Source: Breznakia sp. PF5-3
GTDB lineage: Bacteria; Bacillota_I; Bacilli_A; Erysipelotrichales; Erysipelotrichaceae
Direction of reading: 5' to 3'
DNA length: 9,568 nucleotides
Assembly: GCF_029504745.1 (NCBI RefSeq)
Contig: NZ_JAQFIQ010000065.1
Span: 1-9,568 of the forward strand
Positions 1 through 7,820 of the stretch are shown here, one piece after another (the first letter of the stretch is position 1; each line of letters opens with the position of its first letter). A program made the position numbers and the translations under genes. The notes below the pieces were generated by a model. The model saw only the letters and a list, made by a program, of their open reading frames with translations, ran no database searches and was not told the DNA's origin.

Positions 1-94
1 AGTAAAATTAAAAGGACTGAGTCCTGTAGCTTACAGAACTCAAGTCCTTCAATTACACCAATGACATTACTTCCAACTTATTGGGGTCACTTCA
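1..94 (+). mobile_element. 3' end of an IS3-family insertion sequence (transposase C-terminus plus terminal inverted repeat); the element continues beyond the left window edge
   Basis: nt 2-64 translate to VKLKGLSPVAYRTQVLQLHQ*, matching the conserved KLKG(L/M)SPVxYR tail of IS3-family OrfB (DDE/rve) transposases. The next 30 nt (65-94) end in CA-3'. Their complement reads 5'-TGAAGTGACCCCAATAAGTTGGAAGTAATG, giving the TG...CA termini typical of IS3-family IRs. The exact end at 94 is inferred. Confidence 0.7.
2..64 (+). CDS. IS3-family transposase (OrfB), C-terminal 20 codons only (5'-truncated by the window edge)
   Basis: Open frame from the window edge to TGA at 62-64. Peptide VKLKGLSPVAYRTQVLQLHQ carries the IS3/IS150-group C-terminal motif. 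Confidence 0.7.
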   Translation, partial: VKLKGLSPVAYRTQVLQLHQ

Positions 95-104
95 TCATGT
101 CCTT

Positions 105-1784
105 TTATTTCATTATAGCTCCTTTTGCTGCACTATCTACGAGTTGTGCATAACGCTTTAACCAACCACTCGTTACATTTGCAGGGCGAGGTTTAAATGT
201 TTTTCTACGCTCTTCAAATTCTTCATCACTAACGTTTGCTTCAATTGAATAAGCAGGGATATTGATTTCAAGGATATCTCCTTCTTTCAATAAGCCAATC
301 TCACCACCGCTTGCTGCTTCTGGACAAACATGTCCAATAGAAGCACCACGGCTTGCACCACTGAAACGACCATCAGTAATAAGAGCAACACTCTTATCTA
401 ATTTCATTCCTGCTAAAGCACTTGTAGGGTTCAACATCTCACGCATTCCAGGACCGCCTTTAGGTCCCTCATAGCGAATAACTACAACATCTCCAGCAAC
501 AATCTTTCCAGCATAAATTGCATCAATTGCATCTTCTTCACAATCGAAGATTCTTGCTGGTCCTTTGTGATGAAGCATTTCTTTTGCGACAGCACTACGT
601 TTCACAACACAGCCTTCTTTAGCAATGTTGCCAAATAAGATTGCTATGCCACCTGTTTTTGAATATGGCATATCAATTGGCATGATGGTATTCGTATTGG
701 TGTTTTTAAGATCTTGAATATTTTCACCTACGCTTTTACCACTTACCGTAAGCAAAGATAAATCTAATAAGTTTTGTTTTGCCAATTCGTTTTGTACAGC
801 AGGAATACCACCAGCATTATTTAAATCATGCATATGTGTATCACCTGCTGGAGCAAGATGACAAAGGTTTGGTACTTTTTCACTCATTTCATTAAACATG
901 TTGAGATCAAGAGCAACACCAGCTTCATTAGCGATAGCTAATAAGTGAAGTACACTGTTTGAAGAACAACCTAATGCCATATCACAAGCAAGTGCATTGC
1001 GAATTGAGTTTTCATGAATGATATCACGTATTTTAATATCTTTTTCAACTAAGTTCATAATTGCCATCCCAGCTTTTTTTGCTAACTGGATACGTTTACT
1101 ACTAATAGCAGGAATGGTACCATTTCCAGGAAGTGCGATACCTAAAGCTTCACTTAAGCAATTCATACTGTTTGCCGTATACATACCAGAGCAAGAACCA
1201 CATCCAGGACAACTGTTTTGTTCAATATCTAATAATTGTTCATCATCAATAAGATTAGCTTTTCTAGCACCAACAGCTTCAAATGTTTTAGATAAAGAGA
1301 CTTCTTCACCACCACTTATAATGCCTGCCATCATTGGACCACCAGAACATACAACTGCAGGAATGTTCAATCTCGCAGCTCCCATAATCATACCTGGAAC
1401 TATCTTGTCACAGTTAGGTACTAAAACAAGACCATCAAAGGCATGTGCCATGGTCATAGATTCTACACTATCGGCAATTAATTCTCTTGATGGTAGTGAA
1501 TAGCGCATACCTGCATGTCCCATCGCAATTCCATCACAGACACCAATAGATGGAACTTCAATTGGTGTTCCACCAGCCATTCGAATCCCAGCTTTTACGG
1601 CTTCACTTACCTTGTCTAAATGGATGTGTCCAGGAACAACTTCGCTATATGCGCTGATAACTCCAATCAAAGGACGATCCAATTCTTCTTTTGTATATCC
1701 CATTGCATAAAACAAACTTCTTGCAGGAACTTTTTCGATTCCTTCTGTAACATTTGCACTTCGCAATTTCTTTTTATCTATCAT
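105..1784 (-). CDS. ilvD: Dihydroxy-acid dehydratase
   Basis: Full-length ILVD/EDD family protein with motifs [33 protein letters not shown] and TDGRFSG. The ORF track starts at GTG 1793. I prefer ATG 1784 because GAGGTG (1796-1791) lies 6 nt upstream of it. Confidence 0.95.
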   Translation of the reverse strand: MIDKKKLRSANVTEGIEKVPARSLFYAMGYTKEELDRPLIGVISAYSEVVPGHIHLDKVSEAVKAGIRMAGGTPIEVPSIGVCDGIAMGHAGMRYSLPSRELIADSVESMTMAHAFDGLVLVPNCDKIVPGMIMGAARLNIPAVVCSGGPMMAGIISGGEEVSLSKTFEAVGARKANLIDDEQLLDIEQNSCPGCGSCSGMYTANSMNCLSEALGIALPGNGTIPAISSKRIQLAKKAGMAIMNLVEKDIKIRDIIHENSIRNALACDMALGCSSNSVLHLLAIANEAGVALDLNMFNEMSEKVPNLCHLAPAGDTHMHDLNNAGGIPAVQNELAKQNLLDLSLLTVSGKSVGENIQDLKNTNTNTIMPIDMPYSKTGGIAILFGNIAKEGCVVKRSAVAKEMLHHKGPARIFDCEEDAIDAIYAGKIVAGDVVVIRYEGPKGGPGMREMLNPTSALAGMKLDKSVALITDGRFSGASRGASIGHVCPEAASGGEIGLLKEGDILEINIPAYSIEANVSDEEFEERRKTFKPRPANVTSGWLKRYAQLVDSAAKGAIMK

Positions 1785-1804
1785 ATTAATCACCTCATGT
1801 TTCT

Positions 1805-1832
1805 AAAATAGAAGGCAGTTGCCTTCTATTTT
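1805..1832 (-). terminator. Intra-operon stem-loop between ilvC and ilvD (possible partial terminator or mRNA-stabilising hairpin)
   Basis: AAAATAGAAGGCA / TGCCTTCTATTTT forms a stem of about 12 bp (core GAAGGC 1811-1816 pairs with GCCTTC 1821-1826) with a 4-nt loop (1817-1820). It overlaps the ilvC stop codon (1826-1828). In the operon direction it is followed by only UAUUUUAG. On the plus strand it is followed by a longer T run. Confidence 0.45.
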
Positions 1833-2821
1833 TTTAACCAACTCATCATTTTTCTTAATTCAGCTCCAACTTTACACAATAAGCTTTCACTTTCTTTTCT
1901 TCTTGTTGATAAGAATTTTGCTTGACCACCAGCATTAAATTCTTGAATAAATTCAGAAGCAAAAGTACCATCTTGAATTTCATCTAATACTTTTTTCATT
2001 TCTTTTCTTGTATCTTCAGTAATGATTCTCTTACCAGTACGGTAATCACCATACTCAGCTGTATTCGAAATAGAATATCTCATCATTTCAAATCCACCAC
2101 TGTTGATAAGGTCAACGATTAATTTCATTTCATGAATACATTCGAAGTAAGCCATTTCTGGTTCATATCCTGCTTCTACAAGTGTATCAAAACCAGCTTT
2201 CATAAGTTCTGTAACTCCACCACAAAGAACAGCTTGTTCTCCAAATAGATCTGTTTCTGTTTCTTCTTTGAAAGATGTTTCTAAGATACCAGCACGTCCT
2301 GCACCAATTCCACAAGCATAAGCAAGTGCATTGTCTTTTGCTTTACCAGATTTGTCTTGGTAAACAGCAATCAAACTTGGTACCCCTTTACCTTCAAGGT
2401 ATTGACTACGTACCGTATGACCAGGTCCTTTTGGAGCGACCATGATTACATCGATATAATCAGCAGGGATGATTTGATGATAGTGGATATTAAATCCATG
2501 AGCGAACATCAATACATCTCCTTCTTTCATATGTTTTTCAACTTGTGTCTTATAAATGTGGGCAGCACTTTCATCAGGAACTAGCATCATTACAAAGTCT
2601 CCAGCTTTTGCTGCATCTTCAATTTCCATAACTTTTAAACCAGCTTCTTCAGCTTGGCTCCAACTCTTTGAACTTTTTCTTAATCCAACAACTACGTTAA
2701 CACCACTATCTTTCAAGTTTAATGCATGCGCATGTCCTTGTGAACCGAACCCAAGAATCGAAACGGTTTTCCCATCTAATAAACCTAAGTTACAGTCTGT
2801 GTCATAATATTTTTTTATCAT
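1826..2821 (-). CDS. ilvC: Ketol-acid reductoisomerase (class I, NADP-dependent)
   Basis: 331 aa with an N-terminal Rossmann motif [19 protein letters not shown] and typical KARI C-terminal knotted-domain sequence. GGAGG (2835-2831) lies 9 nt upstream of ATG 2821. Confidence 0.95.
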   Translation of the reverse strand: MIKKYYDTDCNLGLLDGKTVSILGFGSQGHAHALNLKDSGVNVVVGLRKSSKSWSQAEEAGLKVMEIEDAAKAGDFVMMLVPDESAAHIYKTQVEKHMKEGDVLMFAHGFNIHYHQIIPADYIDVIMVAPKGPGHTVRSQYLEGKGVPSLIAVYQDKSGKAKDNALAYACGIGAGRAGILETSFKEETETDLFGEQAVLCGGVTELMKAGFDTLVEAGYEPEMAYFECIHEMKLIVDLINSGGFEMMRYSISNTAEYGDYRTGKRIITEDTRKEMKKVLDEIQDGTFASEFIQEFNAGGQAKFLSTRRKESESLLCKVGAELRKMMSWLKK

Positions 2822-2836
2822 TTTTCATTTCCTCCC

Positions 2837-3337
2837 TTATTCGGTCCCAACTAGTGGGCCTCTTGATATACCTGTAATACCAGTTCGACAAACTTCAATT
2901 ATGTCATAACAGTCAAGCATTTCCATAAAACCATCTAGTTTTTCTGGAGCTCCTGTTAGTTCCACAATCATGCTATCCTTTGATAGACTTATAATCTTTC
3001 CTCGATAAATATCAACAACTTCTTTAATTGCTGAGCGTGTATCTTTGGTTGTTTCAATTTTCATTAGAAGCAATTCGCGATACAAACTATTTTCTTTTTC
3101 CAAGGTAAAGATATCTCTCACAACCTCTAATTTTTGAGTCTGTGTTAAGATCTGCGATAATGTTTGATCATTTCCCGAAAAGACAATGGTAATTCGAGAA
3201 ACTTCAGGATTATTGGTAGCTGATACAGTCAAGGAGTCAATGTTGAAACCTCTTCTACCAAAAAGACTGACAATACGTGTTAATACATTTGCATGGTTAT
3301 CTACAAAAATGCTGATAACTTCTTTCTTTTCACTCAT
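2837..3337 (-). CDS. ilvN: Acetolactate synthase (acetohydroxy-acid synthase) small regulatory subunit
   Basis: About 166 aa ACT-domain protein (ISIFVDNHANVLTRIVSLFGRRGFNIDSLTV), placed immediately after the large subunit. The ORF track starts at TTG 3343. ATG 3337 is preferred because GGAGGA (3350-3345) lies 7 nt upstream. Confidence 0.9.
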   Translation of the reverse strand: MSEKKEVISIFVDNHANVLTRIVSLFGRRGFNIDSLTVSATNNPEVSRITIVFSGNDQTLSQILTQTQKLEVVRDIFTLEKENSLYRELLLMKIETTKDTRSAIKEVVDIYRGKIISLSKDSMIVELTGAPEKLDGFMEMLDCYDIIEVCRTGITGISRGPLVGTE

Positions 3338-3349
3338 AATCAAATCCTC

Positions 3350-5008
3350 CTATTCTGTAATCATATCTTCTATCGTACCACCATTTGGAATCATTGGTAA
3401 TACTTTTTCTTCTCGATCAATGTAACAATCAATCCAAACAGGACCATTTTCTGTTAACGCTTTTTTGAATGCCTCTTCAAACTCTTCTAGGGTTTCTGCA
3501 TGATATCCTTTTGCACCAAACCCTTCTGCAAGTTTCACAAAGTCAGTTTTACGCTCAGGTGTAGTTTGCGAGAAATGACGTTTATAGAAAGTTGTTTGCC
3601 ATTGATATACCATACCTAATACTTGGTTGTTCATAATGATTGTAATGATTGGTAAGTTTTGACTAACAGCAGTACAAGCTTCATTTAAATTCATATGGAA
3701 ACTTCCATCACCAGTGAAGTGAATGATTCGTTTTTGAGGACATGCAATTTGTGCCCCAATAGAAGCACCATATCCAAAGCCCATTGTTCCTAGTCCACCA
3801 CTAGTTAGAAAAGATTTTGTATTTTTATGTTTTACATATTGTGCTGCCCACAATTGGTGTTGACCAACATCGGTTACATAAATAGTTTCTTTATCTGTTA
3901 AATCACAAGCAGAAACAATAATATCTTTCGGACGAAGTTTTGCACCTTCTAATTCGACATTTATTTCTTTACGCCAATTGCATACTTTGTTTACCCATTC
4001 ATCATGCGTTTTAGCTTCTACAAATGGCAATAATTTTGTAAGTGCTTCTTTGATATCACCAATGATACTATAATTAATTTCAACATTCTTATTTATTTCA
4101 CTTGCATCAATATCAATTTGAATAATCGCAGCACGTTGTGCAAAGCGGTTGGTATTGAGGGCAACTCGATCACTAAATCTAGTACCTAAAGCGATTACTA
4201 AATCAGCTTCATCAACAGCTCGATTTGCGGCCATACTTCCATGCATACCAATTAAGCCTAAGCTTTTTGGATCATCATAGTCGATAACACCGGCTGCCAT
4301 CATTGTATACGTAGATGGGATATCAGCTTTTTGAATTAATTCAGCTAATTCTTCACGTGCATCGCTCGCTGCAACACCACCCCCAAAATAAATGATTGGT
4401 TTTTTTGCCATATTGATGATTTCAGCAATTTCTTTGATATCACCTATTTCAATTTCTGGATGTGGGTGAAGTTCCATTGGTTTTGCTGGTGTAAACTCAC
4501 ACAATGCATTTGATACATCCTTTGTGACATCAATTAAAACTGGACCTTTTCTTCCTTCGTTCGCAATACGGAAGGCATTGCGAAGGGCATCCGCTAAATC
4601 TTCAATACGGTTTACAAAGTAATTGTGTTTGGTAATTGGTAATGTCACACCAGTGATACTAATTTCTTGAAAAGCATCTCTACCAATCAAACTATCGGCT
4701 ACGTTGGCAGTAATTGCTACCATAGGAATACTGTCCATAAATGCTGTTGCAATACCAGTAACTAAATTTGTTGCTCCAGGTCCACTCGTTGCAAACACAA
4801 CACCAGTCTTACCACTCGCTCTTGCATATCCATCAGCAGCATGAGCAGCACCTTGTTCATGTGCGGTTAATATGTGATGAATACGATCAGAATAATCATA
4901 TAAAGAATCGTAGATAAATAAAGCAGCGCCACCTGGATATCCAAAGACGGTATCCACACCGTGCTCCAATAAGATTTCCATAATAATTTGCGATCCCCTT
5001 AATTTCAT
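3350..5008 (-). CDS. ilvB: Acetolactate synthase large catalytic subunit (ThDP/FAD-dependent, biosynthetic type)
   Basis: ThDP-enzyme motifs GYPGGA, GPGATN and GLGTMGFGYGASIGA...GDGSFHMN. The ORF track starts at TTG 5014. ATG 5008 is preferred because GAGGA (5019-5015) lies 6 nt upstream. Confidence 0.95.
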   Translation of the reverse strand: MKLRGSQIIMEILLEHGVDTVFGYPGGAALFIYDSLYDYSDRIHHILTAHEQGAAHAADGYARASGKTGVVFATSGPGATNLVTGIATAFMDSIPMVAITANVADSLIGRDAFQEISITGVTLPITKHNYFVNRIEDLADALRNAFRIANEGRKGPVLIDVTKDVSNALCEFTPAKPMELHPHPEIEIGDIKEIAEIINMAKKPIIYFGGGVAASDAREELAELIQKADIPSTYTMMAAGVIDYDDPKSLGLIGMHGSMAANRAVDEADLVIALGTRFSDRVALNTNRFAQRAAIIQIDIDASEINKNVEINYSIIGDIKEALTKLLPFVEAKTHDEWVNKVCNWRKEINVELEGAKLRPKDIIVSACDLTDKETIYVTDVGQHQLWAAQYVKHKNTKSFLTSGGLGTMGFGYGASIGAQIACPQKRIIHFTGDGSFHMNLNEACTAVSQNLPIITIIMNNQVLGMVYQWQTTFYKRHFSQTTPERKTDFVKLAEGFGAKGYHAETLEEFEEAFKKALTENGPVWIDCYIDREEKVLPMIPNGGTIEDMITE

Positions 5009-5038
5009 AAACAATCCTCGACTTTCTCCATAATTCTG

Positions 5039-5061
5039 TTTCTATATATTATATATAGAAA
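5039..5061. promoter_or_regulatory. Perfect 23-bp palindrome (11-bp arms, 1-nt centre) in the ilvB 5' leader; candidate operator
   Basis: TTTCTATATAT-T-ATATATAGAAA is exactly self-complementary. It lies between the predicted -10 (5087-5082) and the ilvB RBS (5019-5015). Part of the symmetry comes from (TA)n low complexity. Confidence 0.4.
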
Positions 5062-5081
5062 GCTCATAGTATATTATATTT

Positions 5082-5109
5082 ATTATATCTAGGATTGAAT
5101 AAAAATCAA
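5082..5109 (-). promoter_or_regulatory. Candidate sigma-A promoter of the ilvBNCD operon
   Basis: On the minus strand, TTGATT (5109-5104), a 16-nt spacer, then TATAAT (5087-5082). A second TATAAT lies at 5078-5073. Both sit about 65-75 nt upstream of the ilvB ATG. Confidence 0.5.
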
Positions 5110-5130
5110 TAAAAGATGTAAGAAAACATG

Positions 5131-5150
5131 AAAAAAATTGAAAAAAATTG
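5131..5150. repeat. Exact 10-bp tandem duplication AAAAAAATTG x2 (helically phased A-tracts; UP-element-like or curved DNA upstream of the ilvB -35)
   Basis: Direct reading of the sequence: 5131-5140 is identical to 5141-5150. It sits 22-41 bp upstream of the putative -35. Confidence 0.8.
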
Positions 5151-5154
5151 TAAT

Positions 5155-5169
5155 TATTTTCAGAAAAAG
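5155..5169. promoter_or_regulatory. Candidate CodY box upstream of the ilvB promoter
   Basis: TATTTTCAGAAAAAG compared with the consensus AATTTTCWGAAAATT shows 3 mismatches, all at the outer positions. ilv operons are classic CodY targets in low-GC Gram-positives. In DNA this AT-rich, such a match can arise by chance. Confidence 0.3.
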
Positions 5170-5284
5170 TTATGAATATATATTCAATTACCCTTACAGA
5201 ATAAAAAAGTATGGGCAAAAAGGTTTTTATTTATACGAAAATCTAAGAAAATTAAAATAACCATAAAATGAATTTTTTTTGTAG

Positions 5285-5290
5285 TATAAT
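5285..5290 (+). promoter_or_regulatory. Candidate -10 box (TATAAT) for the plus-strand operon (small ORF-tsaC-rpiB-glyA)
   Basis: A perfect TATAAT lies 21 nt upstream of ATG 5312. No convincing -35 was found, only an A/T-rich upstream region. Confidence 0.35.
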
Positions 5291-5311
5291 AAATATGTTA
5301 GCGGAGGAACT

Positions 5312-5488
5312 ATGAAAATTTTAGAAGAGCCACTTTTATTGAACGATTTAAAAGAAACATTAAATTTATTAGATGTAGATGATGAATTATTGATTAAACG
5401 ATCGCAAAAGGAAGCAGCGGTTATTTTATCGTTAGAAAAGTATAACAAGCTAAAAGCAGAAATTTATCAAGCAAAGAAAAAAGATTAA
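5312..5488 (+). CDS. Small protein (58 aa) resembling the N-terminal DNA-binding/dimerisation domain of YefM/Phd-family antitoxins; lacks the C-terminal toxin-binding tail
   Basis: Absent from the ORF track (too short). Runs from ATG 5312 to TAA 5486-5488, with GGAGGA at 5303-5308 (short spacing of 3-4 nt). Translation: MKILEEPLLLNDLKETLNLLDVDDELLIKRSQKEAAVILSLEKYNKLKAEIYQAKKKD. The segment LLIKRSQKEAAVILSLEKYNKLKAEIY parallels the YefM/Phd hallmark ILITRxxxxxxVLxSxEEYxSLxE. The listed antisense ORF 5227-5448 is low-complexity. Confidence 0.6.
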   Translation: MKILEEPLLLNDLKETLNLLDVDDELLIKRSQKEAAVILSLEKYNKLKAEIYQAKKKD

Positions 5489-5506
5489 AAAAAAGAGGGC
5501 GTTAAT

Positions 5507-6112
5507 ATGGAAACAAAAATATTTAAACCGTCGCAAATAAAAGAGGTCTTGGAATGGGTCAAAGAAGGGAAGCTAATAGCCTTTCCAACCGACACAGTTT
5601 ATGGTTTAGGGGTAATTGGTAATAATGAACAAGCATTGCAGAATTTGAAGAAAGCAAAAACTCGTGATGCACATAAACCAATACCTTATATGGTTTCTTC
5701 CATAAAACAAATTGATGAGGTTGCTCATATTGATGAGCGATCCTTGAAGTTGATTCAGAATTTTATGCCTGGAGGTTTAACGGTTATTTTGAGAAAAAAA
5801 GATCATGTCCCTGCCTTTGTGAGCAATGGCTTAGATACGATTGCTATACGGATGCCGGATGATACTTTTTTATTAAAGCTGTTGGAAGAGCCAATGCTAG
5901 TAACTAGTGCAAATCTATCGGGGGAGGATCCAGGAAGTAATGAAAGGGAAGTGTTGGAGCAATTAGATGGTCGTATAGATGGTATCGTTGCAGGTGAGGC
6001 AAGGGCTAATATAGCATCTACGATTGTTGATCTAACTAATAATGAAATGCATATTTTAAGAGAAGGAGAGATCTCTAAACAAGAAATATTAGATATTCTA
6101 GAGGAGGAATAA
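5507..6112 (+). CDS. tsaC: L-threonylcarbamoyladenylate synthase (t6A tRNA modification), short YrdC-domain-only form
   Basis: YrdC/Sua5 family motifs PTDTVYGLG, KxxRxxxKP, PGGLTVIL, IAIRMP, TSANLSG and STIVD. GAGGG lies 7 nt upstream of ATG 5507. The synteny with rpiB and glyA matches B. subtilis ywlC...ywlF...glyA. Confidence 0.9.
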   Translation: METKIFKPSQIKEVLEWVKEGKLIAFPTDTVYGLGVIGNNEQALQNLKKAKTRDAHKPIPYMVSSIKQIDEVAHIDERSLKLIQNFMPGGLTVILRKKDHVPAFVSNGLDTIAIRMPDDTFLLKLLEEPMLVTSANLSGEDPGSNEREVLEQLDGRIDGIVAGEARANIASTIVDLTNNEMHILREGEISKQEILDILEEE

Positions 6113-6116
6113 AGAG

Positions 6117-6566
6117 ATGAAAGTAGCCGTAGCATGTGATCATGGAGCATATGAATATAAGGAAAAGGTAATCGAAATTTTAAAATCATTAGAACATGAA
6201 GTTGAAGATTTTGGGTGTTATGATAAACAATCTGTAGATTATCCAGATATGGTATATCCAGCAGCGAAATCAGTGGCAGATGGGAAAAATGATTGTGGAA
6301 TCGTGCTTTGTGGAACTGGTATCGGTGCAAGTATAACAGCAAACAAAGTGAAAGGAATTCGTTGCTCTTTAGTAAGTGATTTGTTTACTGCTAAAGTTAC
6401 ACGTGAACATAATGATTCTAATGTATTAGCTTTAGGACAAAGAGTTTTGGGTGAAAGCATTATGGAAGAAATTGTTCGTACTTGGTTGGCAACACCATTT
6501 AGTGAAGATCAACGTCATAAGAATAGGATTGAGAAGATTAAGAGCATTGAAGAGAAAGAGGAATAA
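6117..6566 (+). CDS. rpiB: Ribose-5-phosphate isomerase B (RpiB/LacA/LacB family)
   Basis: 149 aa with motifs [41 protein letters not shown] and a C-terminal RHxxRIxKI. GGAGGA lies just upstream, overlapping the tsaC 3' end. Confidence 0.92.
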   Translation: MKVAVACDHGAYEYKEKVIEILKSLEHEVEDFGCYDKQSVDYPDMVYPAAKSVADGKNDCGIVLCGTGIGASITANKVKGIRCSLVSDLFTAKVTREHNDSNVLALGQRVLGESIMEEIVRTWLATPFSEDQRHKNRIEKIKSIEEKEE

Positions 6567-6567
6567 A

Positions 6568-7794
6568 ATGAAAGATATTGAAATAAAAAAAGCAATGGAT
6601 TTAGAAGCGGATCGCCAATTGTACAATATTGAATTAATCGCATCAGAGAATTATGTTTCACAGGATGTATTGGAAGCAGCTGGATCTATTTTAACGAATA
6701 AGTATGCTGAAGGATATCCAGGAAAACGTTACTATGGTGGGTGTGAGTATGTGGATATTGTGGAAGATTTAGCTCGTACAAGGTTGAAAGAGTTGTATAA
6801 TGCAGAACATGCTAATGTTCAACCACATTCAGGTTCACAAGCAAACATGGCGGTATATATGACCGTATTAGAACCAGGAGATAAAGTATTAGGAATGGAT
6901 TTGGCAGCTGGTGGTCATTTAACACATGGACACCCGTTAAACTTTTCTGGAAAATTGTATAACTTTGTTTCTTATGGAGTGAATAAGGAAAGTGAAGAGT
7001 TGGATTATGAAGAACTACGTAAAGTAGCGTTAGCAGAAAAACCTAAATTACTAGTTGCTGGTGCGAGTGCATATTCTAAAATCATTGATTTTAAAAAGAT
7101 TAAAGATATCTGTGATGAAGTTGGTTGTTATTATATGGTCGATATGGCACATATTGCAGGACTTGTTGCTGCTGGATTACACCCTAATCCAGTTGAGTAT
7201 GCAGATTTTGTAACAAGTACAACGCATAAAACATTACGTGGACCTAGAGGTGGCATTGTTATGTGTAAAGAAGAATTTGCTGCTGATCTTGATCGTAATG
7301 TATTTCCAGGTATGCAAGGAGGACCACTCATGCATATCATAGCAGCGAAAGCAGTTTGTTTTTATGAAGCATTGCAACCAGAGTTTAAAGAATATCAAAA
7401 ACAAATTTTGAAAAACATGGAAGTGTTAGAAACAACCCTTCGTGATGAAGGATTCCGCTTAGTAGCGAATGGAAGCGAAAACCATTTATTACTAGTTGAT
7501 GTGAAAAGTTCTTTAGGCTTAACGGGAAAAGCTTGTGAGAAAGCACTTGATAAAGCAGGTATTACATCAAATAAAAATGCAATACCTTTCGATGAAGAAA
7601 AGCCATTTACAACAAGTGGTATTCGATTGGGTAGTGCAGCTATGACAACACGTGGGTTTAAAGAAGAAGAATTTATCAAAGTTGGATTGTGGATCTCAAG
7701 AGTATTAAAAAATATTGATGATGAAGCAGAAATTGCAAAAGTTAGAGAAGAAGTTAGGGCGACAACGAAAAATTTCCCTGTAGTTAGAAATTAA
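6568..7794 (+). CDS. glyA: Serine hydroxymethyltransferase
   Basis: SHMT motifs [19 protein letters not shown] and the PLP-lysine site [14 protein letters not shown]. The ORF-track start (6451) would overlap rpiB by 116 nt and adds a non-homologous basic extension. ATG 6568, 1 nt after the rpiB stop and preceded by GAAAGAGGAA, gives a typical 408-aa SHMT. Confidence 0.95.
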   Translation: MKDIEIKKAMDLEADRQLYNIELIASENYVSQDVLEAAGSILTNKYAEGYPGKRYYGGCEYVDIVEDLARTRLKELYNAEHANVQPHSGSQANMAVYMTVLEPGDKVLGMDLAAGGHLTHGHPLNFSGKLYNFVSYGVNKESEELDYEELRKVALAEKPKLLVAGASAYSKIIDFKKIKDICDEVGCYYMVDMAHIAGLVAAGLHPNPVEYADFVTSTTHKTLRGPRGGIVMCKEEFAADLDRNVFPGMQGGPLMHIIAAKAVCFYEALQPEFKEYQKQILKNMEVLETTLRDEGFRLVANGSENHLLLVDVKSSLGLTGKACEKALDKAGITSNKNAIPFDEEKPFTTSGIRLGSAAMTTRGFKEEEFIKVGLWISRVLKNIDDEAEIAKVREEVRATTKNFPVVRN

Positions 7795-7820
7795 AAAAAG
7801 CGAAATTAATTCGCTTTTTT
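7794..7820. terminator. Bidirectional rho-independent terminator shared by glyA (+) and the convergent surface-protein gene (-)
   Basis: AAAAAAGCGAA-ATTAA-TTCGCTTTTTT. A GCGAA/TTCGC stem (7800-7804 / 7810-7814) is flanked by an A run on the left and a T run on the right. It touches the stop codons of both genes. Confidence 0.75.

Noticed and set aside
5128-5175. 15-codon plus-strand mini-ORF (MKKIEKNCNYFQKKL) spanning the A-tract repeat
   Set aside because: It has no RBS and is made up of the A-tract duplication itself. This is a coding-looking artefact of poly-A sequence.
5009-5311. T-box riboswitch or other long leader RNA upstream of ilvB
   Set aside because: No T-box-like element was seen: no GGUGGUACC-type core, no specifier or GA-motif arrangement, and no terminator/antiterminator pair. 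The predicted leader is only about 70 nt and the region is almost pure A/T.
5227-5448. 73-aa minus-strand ORF in the divergent intergenic region
   Set aside because: The translation is low-complexity (N/S/F/K/Y-rich) with no RBS. It is antisense to the better-supported YefM-like ORF (5312-5488), which has an SD and family-like sequence.
6451-6567. N-terminal 39-codon extension of glyA given by the ORF track
   Set aside because: It would overlap rpiB by 116 nt and encodes a basic, non-SHMT sequence. ATG 6568 with an upstream purine-rich site gives a canonical-length SHMT starting [17 protein letters not shown].
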